Assembly: GCA_964567995.1 (NCBI GenBank)
Contig: CAZMOB010000001.1
Coordinates: 120,591 to 184,590, forward strand
Reading direction: 5' to 3'
Source of the DNA: an uncultured Gammaproteobacteria bacterium
GTDB lineage: Bacteria; Patescibacteriota; Patescibacteriia; 2-12-FULL-60-25
DNA: 64,000 nt
Each line of letters starts with the position of its first letter. The first letter of the stretch is position 1. Below, piece by piece: positions 36,905 to 45,594 of the stretch. The notes under the pieces are model-generated. The model was not told the DNA's origin. It ran no database searches and saw nothing but the letters and a program-made list of their open reading frames with translations. The translations under genes were made by a program, and so were the position numbers.

Positions 36905-38206
36905 TTATTCAGGGATGGTGGCATGTAATGGTTCCTCGGACGGCTGTTTGCCCTGTAAGAGCTGCTTTAAGCGCTCGTAACCAGCCGACGGGGCCGCTCC
37001 ATAGCCATTCCAGGCCAACCGGGCGAGACCGCCTGAGCGTTTCCAGTCCATGAGCCATTCGCTTAACGTTTCTAATTCGAGTGGAGGCAAGCCGGCTTGT
37101 ATCCCTCGTAGCCAGGCGTAACGCGCCTCTTCTTGGCCGCCTAGAGGTGGCTGCACGATGATAGGAAGACCGAGACCGGCATAAAATACCCAGGGGCTCG
37201 CGGCTGTCCAAAGAACGTCGATGCTTGGGAGAGCTTGCGTAAACGAAGCGAAAGCGACAGTTTCGTTCGCATGAGCATGTACGATGAGAGAAGAACCTAG
37301 ATGACGGTGGAGTGTTTGGTTGCGAGCGATGGCTTCGATTGAGCGTGCTCGGGTAAGATCGTTCCCCGTGAACAAATGGATGATGAGTTCTCCATTTCGA
37401 ATAGCCTTCCCTGCTCCTTCAAACAGTTTCAGCAATTCGTGGGTACGCCAACCGCTATCGGCGACGAGGCCGAGGCTAAGAGGTTTTTGAATCCGAGTGC
37501 GTGTTTTACGCGGACGGAAAATCTGATCAGGATCGAGGCGGGCAATACGTGCTTCCACATCTGCAAGCAGGCCTTTGGAAGATATGCTCTTGGGAGAAAG
37601 CGGAAGGCCGAAATGATAAATCTTGGCAGCCGGAACACCATACGCCTGTAATCGTTCTTCTGCCGTTCGGGTTGGAACGAGGAATTCGATCTTGGTGTGT
37701 TGTGGTTCAAGTGGGGCCCAGGCGCGTGAAGGATCGGCCGCATGACAGACGAGATAGATCGGGCCGGGATAGCCGTGGACTTCGGCGCTGAAGGCTAGAA
37801 CTTGAGAGCTCGTGACAAGCGGGAGAGATTGTTTCGACAGCTGCTGAATGAGGTCTCGTCCCAGCTCTTTGTTTTGGAGATAATAATAGAATTCAATCAG
37901 GCGGCGGTTCCAGGCCGCTTGTTCGCGTTCTGGATAGCGAGAGGGTAGGCGGTGAACGAAGCGCTCCGTCACGCGTCGTAGGGGGCGACCGATGAGGGGG
38001 ATCCGACTCAAAGAAGACAAGAAGGACGGTTGTTCCTGAAGATGGGACCAGAGCGCGCGGTCATGGGGCGGAATACCTGCATACGTGTCTGCTCGAAGGA
38101 CTTTTTCTTGAAACGCAAGATCAGCGCACGCTTGAGCGACAAGATCTACGCCTCGTCCAAGGGGTGCAGAGACAACCCAGGCATCAAAAGAACGACGAAT
38201 CGCCAT
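36905..38206 (-). CDS. Hypothetical protein (possible two-Rossmann GT-B-like fold)
   Basis: 433-aa ORF with clean coding appearance. The alternating beta/alpha pattern and ..VLWTAASPWVFYAGLGLPIIVQPPLGGQEE.. are reminiscent of GT-B C-terminal domains. Function is not established. Confidence 0.5.
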   Translation of the reverse strand: MAIRRSFDAWVVSAPLGRGVDLVAQACADLAFQEKVLRADTYAGIPPHDRALWSHLQEQPSFLSSLSRIPLIGRPLRRVTERFVHRLPSRYPEREQAAWNRRLIEFYYYLQNKELGRDLIQQLSKQSLPLVTSSQVLAFSAEVHGYPGPIYLVCHAADPSRAWAPLEPQHTKIEFLVPTRTAEERLQAYGVPAAKIYHFGLPLSPKSISSKGLLADVEARIARLDPDQIFRPRKTRTRIQKPLSLGLVADSGWRTHELLKLFEGAGKAIRNGELIIHLFTGNDLTRARSIEAIARNQTLHRHLGSSLIVHAHANETVAFASFTQALPSIDVLWTAASPWVFYAGLGLPIIVQPPLGGQEEARYAWLRGIQAGLPPLELETLSEWLMDWKRSGGLARLAWNGYGAAPSAGYERLKQLLQGKQPSEEPLHATIPE

Positions 38207-38229
38207 GTACAGTCAGTATACACGGTCTG

Positions 38230-38682
38230 TTATTTTTTGGCGCGTCGCGGCAAGGATTTTTTATTGGATGCGTTGGATCGAACGGTCGAAGCCATATCGA
38301 TTTCTTGGGTGTAGCGAGCAAAATGTTCATCGTAGGTTTTTTCGATCAGGTCCTCTAGTTGTTCCGGAGATGTCAAAGCAAGTCGATCGCCGATGGTTTT
38401 TTCTGTTTCTTGGCGCGCACGGTACCAAGCCCATTCGTCGGTGTAGGCGTACCAACTGTATTCCCACAGACGATCCTCTTCTTCATGAAAGAGGCTGTGC
38501 GCTTCCTCTTCGCTCAACTCAAGCAAGCGTTCCAGGTGACCCAAAAGCGCTGGAGGTTCTTGGCTGTCTTCTCCTCGTTCACGGCGAAAGGTTTCTTCGA
38601 CGATGTACTGCGAAAGAAGTGAGCGGTGGAGCTCGGTGAGTTGATCGCGTGTGAGGCCTAGGGAATAAAAAGCATCAGTCAT
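38230..38682 (-). CDS. Acidic hypothetical protein
   Basis: 150-aa helical ORF rich in Glu and Trp. No recognised motif. Confidence 0.5.
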   Translation of the reverse strand: MTDAFYSLGLTRDQLTELHRSLLSQYIVEETFRRERGEDSQEPPALLGHLERLLELSEEEAHSLFHEEEDRLWEYSWYAYTDEWAWYRARQETEKTIGDRLALTSPEQLEDLIEKTYDEHFARYTQEIDMASTVRSNASNKKSLPRRAKK

Positions 38683-38686
38683 AGGG

Positions 38687-39208
38687 TTATCGGATTAATC
38701 CTGGTTTTGGAACGATCGCAGGAACATTCTGTGATGTTCTGACGCGCAGATTGAAACAGGTACGTCCAGCACTATGGTACCAGCTTGGAATATCGACTAA
38801 CGCCCCTCCAACGGGCACTGGTCCAGCTGGCGTGGATCGCTCTTCTGGTGAGGTGGCAAGATCGAAATTGGCGCAGAGTTGGTAAAAGACTTTGGTAGAT
38901 GTTGTTGCTGGAGAAATGTCGTAATATTCATACTCGACACCGGTTGCTGGATCGCGTATTTCACTATTAATATGTGGTTGGGTACTGACGAGGTCTGCCA
39001 AGTTGCGAGGGATGGTTCCGCGTGTTTGTGCAAATACATCAACAGCATAGGTGATCTGGTCCAGGTTGTTTACCCGTTGCTGATCGAGTGCTTCTTTACG
39101 ACGTGTGGTGGGGGATCCGGAAACGTACAGTCCAGCGATAATCGCTATAATGATTACGAGACAGACTCCCCAGCGAATAACACGGACTGTGGGTAGCGTG
39201 TGCAGCAT
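38687..39208 (-). CDS. Membrane-anchored hypothetical protein (pseudopilin-like topology)
   Basis: Start moved to ATG 39208, directly after the stop of 39210-39854. One N-terminal TM helix (WGVCLVIIIAIIAGLYV) followed by a small extracytoplasmic domain. No G/FTLIE prepilin motif. Confidence 0.5.
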   Translation of the reverse strand: MLHTLPTVRVIRWGVCLVIIIAIIAGLYVSGSPTTRRKEALDQQRVNNLDQITYAVDVFAQTRGTIPRNLADLVSTQPHINSEIRDPATGVEYEYYDISPATTSTKVFYQLCANFDLATSPEERSTPAGPVPVGGALVDIPSWYHSAGRTCFNLRVRTSQNVPAIVPKPGLIR

Positions 39209-39209
39209 A

Positions 39210-39854
39210 TTAGGCGTGGGTGAGAGCCTCGTCGCGACGAAGATCCCAGAGGTAATAGCCGAAGGCGGTGCCAGCGATGAGGAGGACGATGGCAACTTTG
39301 AGTAAGAAGCGGACGGTCAATTCACCAGACAACAGCGATCCGACCAACGTGATCAGATCGACGATGATGCTGACAGCTGCGACGAACAAGGTGAAGTAGG
39401 TGAGCCATTTACGAACTTTGGAACCACGTTTTAGCGGATCGCGTTCGAGACCTTTTTCAAGAAAGCGGTTCAGGACGACGAAGATGGGGAACGTAATGAT
39501 CAACGCGGCTGTTGAGTTACGTACGGTCGAGAGTCCGGCAATACTGGCATAATTCCCTTGGAGTACATCAGGAATTGCGCGTTCGATGAGTGCGAAGAGT
39601 AATGTGCCAAAAGAGACAGCGGTAATGTAGAGCGTCAGAAACAGCACCAAATACAAAAAGGCTTCCCGAGCAGACAGATAGGGCTCGCGGCGAGGAACGG
39701 GCAGGGTGAATCCATCGATCATGACGAAGCCACGTAATGCGGACGTGATCTCTTCTTCAGGCCAGCCAGCTGCTTTGAGAGCCTGCGTGATACTTGCGGT
39801 GGTTTCGCCACGCTCCAACGCTTGTTTTAAAAACGGCTGTAAATCGTACGCCAT
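39210..39854 (-). CDS. DUF5671-like membrane protein
   Basis: An N-terminal soluble helix pair (FLKQALERGETTASITQALKAAGWPEEEITSAL) followed by 4 TM helices. This architecture is common in CPR genomes. Confidence 0.6.
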   Translation of the reverse strand: MAYDLQPFLKQALERGETTASITQALKAAGWPEEEITSALRGFVMIDGFTLPVPRREPYLSAREAFLYLVLFLTLYITAVSFGTLLFALIERAIPDVLQGNYASIAGLSTVRNSTAALIITFPIFVVLNRFLEKGLERDPLKRGSKVRKWLTYFTLFVAAVSIIVDLITLVGSLLSGELTVRFLLKVAIVLLIAGTAFGYYLWDLRRDEALTHA

Positions 39855-39894
39855 ATGCCTTTTACGCTACGCGTAAACCTGCGGTCTGTCGAGC

Positions 39895-40485
39895 TTACGA
39901 CTCAGCCCGCTTGGCGGCTTCGAGCTGGGTTTGGATGAGGCCGAGGAGCGCCTCTTTGCCAGTGCCAGTACGAGCGGAGAAGAAGACGGCGGATGCGTTC
40001 ACCCCTTGTCGGATAAGGGCGTGTTGCAATTGTGATTTTTCAGACTGCGAAAGTTTATCTGATTTGTTTATGACCAAGATCCAAGGCAGTTTTTGTTCTT
40101 GTAGGTAGAGCGCCATCTCTCCATCCAGCGGGGAAGAAAGTCCAACGGCGGCATCAATGACAAGGAGGATGAGCGCTGGTGGCATGAGCAGCGTGTCGTA
40201 GATCATCTGCTCAAGCTCGCCTCGTTCTTTTTTGGATTGCTTGGCAAAACCGTAGCCGGGCAAGTCGAGTAATGAAAAGGACTTGCCGAACGTGTAGCGG
40301 TTGATAAGGCGTGTTCGGCCGGGGGTATTACTGGTGCGGGCCAGGTCTTTTTGTCCACCCAAACGATTCACAAGACTGGACTTTCCAACATTCGACCGAC
40401 CCACCAACACGATGTGTGGGAGGGTGACGGGAAGGTCTTTTGGTGTCGGGTAGCTCCGTTCGAAGGCGGCCGGGGTGATGGACAT
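39895..40485 (-). CDS. engB: Ribosome biogenesis GTPase YsxC/YihA (EngB)
   Basis: G1 motif GRSNVGKSSLVNRL, G3 motif LLDLPGYGFAK, G4 motif INKSDK. Confidence 0.9.
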   Translation of the reverse strand: MSITPAAFERSYPTPKDLPVTLPHIVLVGRSNVGKSSLVNRLGGQKDLARTSNTPGRTRLINRYTFGKSFSLLDLPGYGFAKQSKKERGELEQMIYDTLLMPPALILLVIDAAVGLSSPLDGEMALYLQEQKLPWILVINKSDKLSQSEKSQLQHALIRQGVNASAVFFSARTGTGKEALLGLIQTQLEAAKRAES

Positions 40486-40528
40486 GTCAGGGAGAGTAGC
40501 AAACTTGGCAGAAATCCCCTAGAGAGGC

Positions 40529-41692
40529 ATGCTACTGGCCACTATGTCCACCTGGAATGAGATCCAACAAGCCTCGATTGACTTACATCGAACGAACAAA
40601 GGCGTGATTCAGATGCAGCCCAAGCAGCCGATCGAGAATCGGGCTGATTTGACCCTGGTTTATACTCCAGGAGTCGGGGCGGTTTCGAGTTTGATTGCGG
40701 AGCGTCCGGAAGAGGCAGATCGGCTCACGTGGCGAAAAAATACCGTCGCGGTGATCTCGGATGGGTCAGCGGTCCTGGGCCTTGGTAATATTGGTCCGGC
40801 GGCGGCGTTGCCAGTGATGGAGGGGAAGTGCGCGATTTTCAAGCGGTTTGCGGGAATTGATGCTGTGCCGCTTGTGTTGGGCACGCAGGATCCAGAAGAA
40901 ATCATCAAGATCGCGATCGCATTGGCTCCCAGTTTTGGGGCGCTACAGTTCGAGGATATTTCAGCTCCCCGGTGTTTTGAGATCGAACGACGTGTGCAGG
41001 AAGCGTTGAATATCCCTGTGATGCATGATGATCAACATGGAACGGCGATTGTGACGTTGGCGGCTTTGATCAATGCAACGAAGGTCGTTGGGAAGAACTT
41101 GGAAGACTGTCGCATTGTACTGAACGGAGCTGGCGCTGCAGGAACGGCCATTGCCAAGTTATTGAAAACATACGGCGTAAAAAACTTGATTGCGGTTGAT
41201 CGTACCGGAGCAATTTATGTGGGAAGAGGGGATTTGAATCCTGAGAAACAATTGCTTGCTGAACTGACGAATGAAGAACGACGAAGTGGTTCTCTCTTAG
41301 AGGTGGCAGCGAATGCAGATATTTTGATTGGTATCAGCGTGGCCGGTGCGTTCGGTCCGGAGGTAATCAAAGCGATGGCCAAAGACCCAATCGTGATCGC
41401 ACTGGCTAATCCGGTGCCGGAAATTTTGCCGGATGTGGCAAAAGAAGCGGGTGTGGCTGTTCTGGCGACTGGCCGCAGTGACTTTGCGAATCAGGTAAAC
41501 AATGCCTTGTGTTATCCGGGATTATTTCGTGGCATGTTGGATCATGACGTAAAGAAAGTGACAGACGAGATCAAGGTGCGTGCCGCGAAGGCGATTGCTT
41601 CAATGGTTACGAATCCAACAGCGGACAACATTATTCCAACCATGTTTGATGAAGGATTGATGGAAACGGTAGCGAAGAGCATGCTTGGATAA
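40529..41692 (+). CDS. NAD(P)-dependent malic enzyme (short, single-domain form)
   Basis: LTLVYTPGVGAVS, VISDGSAVLGLGNIGPAAALPVMEGK, IPVMHDDQHGTA and NGAGAAGTAI are malic-enzyme signatures. Confidence 0.9.
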   Translation: MLLATMSTWNEIQQASIDLHRTNKGVIQMQPKQPIENRADLTLVYTPGVGAVSSLIAERPEEADRLTWRKNTVAVISDGSAVLGLGNIGPAAALPVMEGKCAIFKRFAGIDAVPLVLGTQDPEEIIKIAIALAPSFGALQFEDISAPRCFEIERRVQEALNIPVMHDDQHGTAIVTLAALINATKVVGKNLEDCRIVLNGAGAAGTAIAKLLKTYGVKNLIAVDRTGAIYVGRGDLNPEKQLLAELTNEERRSGSLLEVAANADILIGISVAGAFGPEVIKAMAKDPIVIALANPVPEILPDVAKEAGVAVLATGRSDFANQVNNALCYPGLFRGMLDHDVKKVTDEIKVRAAKAIASMVTNPTADNIIPTMFDEGLMETVAKSMLG

Positions 41693-41717
41693 AACGATCT
41701 AGCCCATAAAACGAATG

Positions 41718-41757
41718 CAGAGGCCGCGACCTGATTGGTCGACGGCCTCTGTTCTTG
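41718..41757 (+). terminator. Rho-independent terminator after the malic enzyme gene
   Basis: CAGAGGCCG-CGAC..GTCG-CGGCCTCTG followed by TTCTTG. Confidence 0.65.
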
Positions 41758-41975
41758 CAGCGGGACCGAGTTGACGGTTCCTGCCACGGAAAGGGGCAGA
41801 CGCACGATGGGGGAGATGAGGACCCATCTGCATCGCTGGTTGCACCCGTGAAGATGCAACGCGCTATGTGCTCTCCTGTGCTCCAACCTTGCGCACGGAG
41901 GCTTTGGTATCAGCGAAAAACGCAGACTCGTTCACAATGCTGTTTTCTGCTATACTTCCCTCTGTTGTTGGCTCT

Positions 41976-42662
41976 ATGATCCTTCTTGAACACGTGACAA
42001 AAGTCTATGCGTCGGGGGATCCTGCGTTGCAGGATGTGTCTTTGCATATTGAACCGGGGGAGTTTGTGTCGATCGTCGGGCAAAGCGGTGCGGGGAAAAC
42101 GACGTTGGCGAAACTCTTGATCGCGGAAGAGCGGCCGAGTAGCGGTCGGATCATTATCGGCGGCTGGGATATTACGCGGATCAAGCCACGAGAAGTTCCG
42201 TATCTTCGGCGACAATTGGGGGTGGTCTTTCAAGACTACAAATTGCTGCGACAAAAAACCGTCTATGAAAATGTTGCGTTTGCGTTGGAGGTGGCGGGTG
42301 AGTCTGCTAAGCGTATCCGTGAAGTGGTTCCACAAGTTCTTTCGATTGTGGGTCTGACGGATAAAGCGCATCGGTTTCCAACGGAGATTTCCGGAGGTGA
42401 GCAGCAACGCGTCGTGATCGCTCGTTCGCTGGTCCATCGTCCAAAAGTGTTGTTGGCGGACGAGCCGACAGGAAACTTGGATACGGTGAATACGCAAGAG
42501 ATTATGAACCTACTCATGAAGATTAATGCCTTTGGAACAACGATCGTGTTGGTCACACACAATCGGGAGATTGTGAATGCAATTCGACGTCGTGTTATCA
42601 CGTTGAAAGATGGACGGATCGCGACGGATCAAGAGAAAGGCAAATACCATCTTCCTGTATGA
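41976..42662 (+). CDS. ftsE: Cell division ATP-binding protein FtsE
   Basis: Start moved to ATG 41976 (MILLEHVTKVY). GQSGAGKTT Walker A, LSGGEQQRVVIARSL signature, [12 protein letters not shown] Walker B. An extended -10 TGcTATACT lies at 41948-41956. Confidence 0.9.
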   Translation: MILLEHVTKVYASGDPALQDVSLHIEPGEFVSIVGQSGAGKTTLAKLLIAEERPSSGRIIIGGWDITRIKPREVPYLRRQLGVVFQDYKLLRQKTVYENVAFALEVAGESAKRIREVVPQVLSIVGLTDKAHRFPTEISGGEQQRVVIARSLVHRPKVLLADEPTGNLDTVNTQEIMNLLMKINAFGTTIVLVTHNREIVNAIRRRVITLKDGRIATDQEKGKYHLPV

Positions 42663-43570
42663 TCCGCACTGCTTGGCGCATTTTTGGAGCTTCCATCCGC
42701 AATCTGTGGCGCAATGGTTGGATCAGTCTTGCAACGGTGTTTGTGTTTTCACTCGCCTTACTTTCGGTGAACGTATTGATCGGAGTGCAGTCGATCGTTG
42801 GATCGGTCGCTCGGTCGTTGGAGGAAAAAGTAGATATTACGATTACCTTTAAATCGGATACACCGGCAGCCGTTGTGTCCCAGGCCCGTTTCTTTGTTCG
42901 TTCTTTACCCCAAGTCAAAGATCTAGAAGAGATTACGCCGGATCAAGCGTTAAAGGAGTTCAAAGAACTGCACAAGAATGATCCGAACGTCTTGGAAGCC
43001 TTGAATGAAGTGGGGGGTAATCCATTGGGCGCGAAGTTGATCGTCAAAGCGCGTCATCCGGATGAGTATCCCTTTTTGGTGCAAGCGATTCAGAATCCAC
43101 AGTACCAACCGTATATCGAGCGGCAGACTTATGATCGACATGAGGGGGCGATTGCATTGGTCGAAAAGGCAGGACGACAGGTTCGTTTGTTTGCTTCGGC
43201 ATTAATTGCGCTCTTCGCTTGTTTTGGCTTGCTCATGGCATTCAACGCAATTCGGGTTGCGATTTACACGCAGCGCGATGAGATCGCGATCATGCGCTTG
43301 GTGGGAGCGTCCAACTCGTTCATCCGCGGTCCATTCGTTTTAGAAGGGGTTTGGCTCGCCGTGATTGCGTTCCTTCTGTCAGGACTCGCGACGTATCTGT
43401 TAATCGTTTGGAGTGAACCGCTCTTGGTCCGTGCCTTGGGCGTGGATGGAGGAGTGCGAGCCTTCTTTCAAGAGCGTTTTTTCCAGATTCTGTCCGTCGA
43501 AGGCGGTGGTTTGATCTTGCTCGCCATGCTCTCTTCCGGAATTGCGGCGGGGAGGTATAGTAAGCGCTAA
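42659..43570 (+). CDS. ftsX: Cell division permease FtsX
   Basis: 4-nt overlap with ftsE. TM1, a periplasmic domain, then 3 C-terminal TM helices (..MRLVGASNSFIRGPF..). Confidence 0.88.
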   Translation: MIRTAWRIFGASIRNLWRNGWISLATVFVFSLALLSVNVLIGVQSIVGSVARSLEEKVDITITFKSDTPAAVVSQARFFVRSLPQVKDLEEITPDQALKEFKELHKNDPNVLEALNEVGGNPLGAKLIVKARHPDEYPFLVQAIQNPQYQPYIERQTYDRHEGAIALVEKAGRQVRLFASALIALFACFGLLMAFNAIRVAIYTQRDEIAIMRLVGASNSFIRGPFVLEGVWLAVIAFLLSGLATYLLIVWSEPLLVRALGVDGGVRAFFQERFFQILSVEGGGLILLAMLSSGIAAGRYSKR

Positions 43571-43573
43571 GGT

Positions 43574-45130
43574 ATGGAACAACCATTTGAACGAGGTTCA
43601 GCACCAGATCAAGAGGAATGGGTGTCTGAAACGGACGAACCGATTCCAGATCATATCTTGGAGTTGATCGGGGTCACGCCGCGTGCTTGGCGGACGACGC
43701 CTTCTCCAACGGGCAAGGCGCTTTTTTTAGCTGTATCGCTGGCTTTGGGAAGGAGTGATGGTCATAAAACGATGAACGATTTACCGCCTCAACAGGTGGA
43801 AGTGGTGAGGCGTTCAGTCACGCGGGAGAAGCCAAGCGAACAGGCACATATTCAAGTATCTGGGCTAGAGGTATTTGGTGTAGATGGAGCTCGCTTCGCT
43901 TCCAGAATGGCGGAGATGCTACATCCGTTTTTACGACCAGGCAGGTATCGTATCCAATTTTCTCCGCAGCAGCGCTTTATTGATGATACGTATTTTGGGT
44001 TGCAGGCAATCGGTCGAGTCTCAACGCAGTGTGAGGTATTGGCTGATTGCAGTCATACGGAAAGCGCAGAGGAAGATGTCATCACGACGTATCCGGCATT
44101 GGTGAATCCTGGCTTGGCAGCAGGAGCGAGTACCGACCAATTGATCGATACGATCGCACACGAACTCATGCATACACATGAGGATGGGGAACTCGCCTAT
44201 TTCATTCAGCGCGTTCAATCCGAGGATCGCATTCGTTTTCCTTACCCTGAGCGGTTCTTGGAAGTGCGTTTCCAAGGCCAGCCGGTTCTTTGGAAGGCGA
44301 TGGCCAATGAGTATCGTTCAGAATTGGTAAAGGCACTGATTCACATTCAAGCGACGACGCCAGATGGGTCGATTGAACGTTCAGCCATTGCCTTTTTACA
44401 AGATCGATTTCCCGGATCATCGGCAGCGGCAGTGCTGGAAGATGTCCGTATGCTCAGTCAGCAGAACCCCGCCATCAACTGGCCAGTCTTACTGAAAGAA
44501 GCTCAGGCGTTCCGACATGATGTAGCGCTTGAGCGGGAACGGGGCTCTATCCTGCACGATTTCATCGAACCGATTCAAGATCCGGTATTGGCTGAGATGA
44601 TGCGCGGGCTCTTAGATCGATCGGCACCGACAGAATGGATGCGGATAAGGCATGTACTCGAACGCGTCCCGCCTGCAGAACGAACGGAGGAGTATGAGAG
44701 CTTGATTCGGGATCTCGCTTACTATCGTTTTGAGTTGAAACAGCGGCAAGAGACGGAGTTTGCAGACGCTACTCATCATGCCTCGGTCTTTTCCCCGGCG
44801 TTGTTACGGACTTGGCGCATCCTTATCGAGAGCATACAAACGGTTGTGCAACGACGATTGAAAGAGGGCGAACCACGAACAGCTTTTTCTGAAGAGTCAG
44901 ATCTCAATAGAGTAATGGTCACACGACTGCCAAGTCGTGCGCTACGAGCAAGTTTTTTACAACACTACCAGGCGCTTTCGGATGAGGAGCGAACGATGAT
45001 TCGCCCATTCTTGATCGAGGCCGCTCGTTTTGAAGCGCAAGAAATTCCTGTACCCGCCTGGTTCCGAGCTCGGGTCGAGCCTTTTCTCGCAGGTCGACGC
45101 TCAGGGCCAACGATTCCACTCTCGTCCTAA
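43574..45130 (+). CDS. Hypothetical protein with HExxH zinc-metallopeptidase-like motif
   Basis: 518 aa. The only recognisable motif is IAHELMHTHEDGE. Otherwise unassigned. Confidence 0.55.
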   Translation: MEQPFERGSAPDQEEWVSETDEPIPDHILELIGVTPRAWRTTPSPTGKALFLAVSLALGRSDGHKTMNDLPPQQVEVVRRSVTREKPSEQAHIQVSGLEVFGVDGARFASRMAEMLHPFLRPGRYRIQFSPQQRFIDDTYFGLQAIGRVSTQCEVLADCSHTESAEEDVITTYPALVNPGLAAGASTDQLIDTIAHELMHTHEDGELAYFIQRVQSEDRIRFPYPERFLEVRFQGQPVLWKAMANEYRSELVKALIHIQATTPDGSIERSAIAFLQDRFPGSSAAAVLEDVRMLSQQNPAINWPVLLKEAQAFRHDVALERERGSILHDFIEPIQDPVLAEMMRGLLDRSAPTEWMRIRHVLERVPPAERTEEYESLIRDLAYYRFELKQRQETEFADATHHASVFSPALLRTWRILIESIQTVVQRRLKEGEPRTAFSEESDLNRVMVTRLPSRALRASFLQHYQALSDEERTMIRPFLIEAARFEAQEIPVPAWFRARVEPFLAGRRSGPTIPLSS

Positions 45131-45138
45131 ACGATCCT

Positions 45139-45594
45139 ATGTTGTTGTTTTTATTTTCCTCAGAATTTGATCTACTTGGAGAGTTTGTCTTTGAGCAGGG
45201 AGCACTTCAGCGCTTTTCTTTGTCTTCACGGGGACGAACGCAGCTCGAGACAGTGGTTGAGCATTGGCAAGCACAGGGGATCGAGCTGATCGAGCGTGTG
45301 CCGGTCGTACAAGAGGAGCAAGCGAATTTGATCACGACGCGACGTTTTGTGACATTCAATCAGCCAGAAGCCGAGGCCGCAGTGCGTTGTTGGGCGGTAG
45401 AGAAGGACTATCTGTGTTTGGATGTTCCAGAACGTCTGTTGCCCCAGTGGGAGAAACTTTGCTTGTTAGACCTTCAACCGGAAGAACGCTTCGCGAGTTT
45501 GCGGGCGTTGCGGGAGGGTTCGCACAAGATTGTGGAAGCGTGGGATACGGCGCTTGATAAGACATTACAGGCTCAGAAAACCAGAGTTCGTTAA
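45139..45594 (+). CDS. Hypothetical protein
   Basis: 151-aa ORF 8 nt downstream of 43574-45130. Its 3' end overlaps the pepF stop by 4 nt. Confidence 0.5.
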   Translation: MLLFLFSSEFDLLGEFVFEQGALQRFSLSSRGRTQLETVVEHWQAQGIELIERVPVVQEEQANLITTRRFVTFNQPEAEAAVRCWAVEKDYLCLDVPERLLPQWEKLCLLDLQPEERFASLRALREGSHKIVEAWDTALDKTLQAQKTRVR

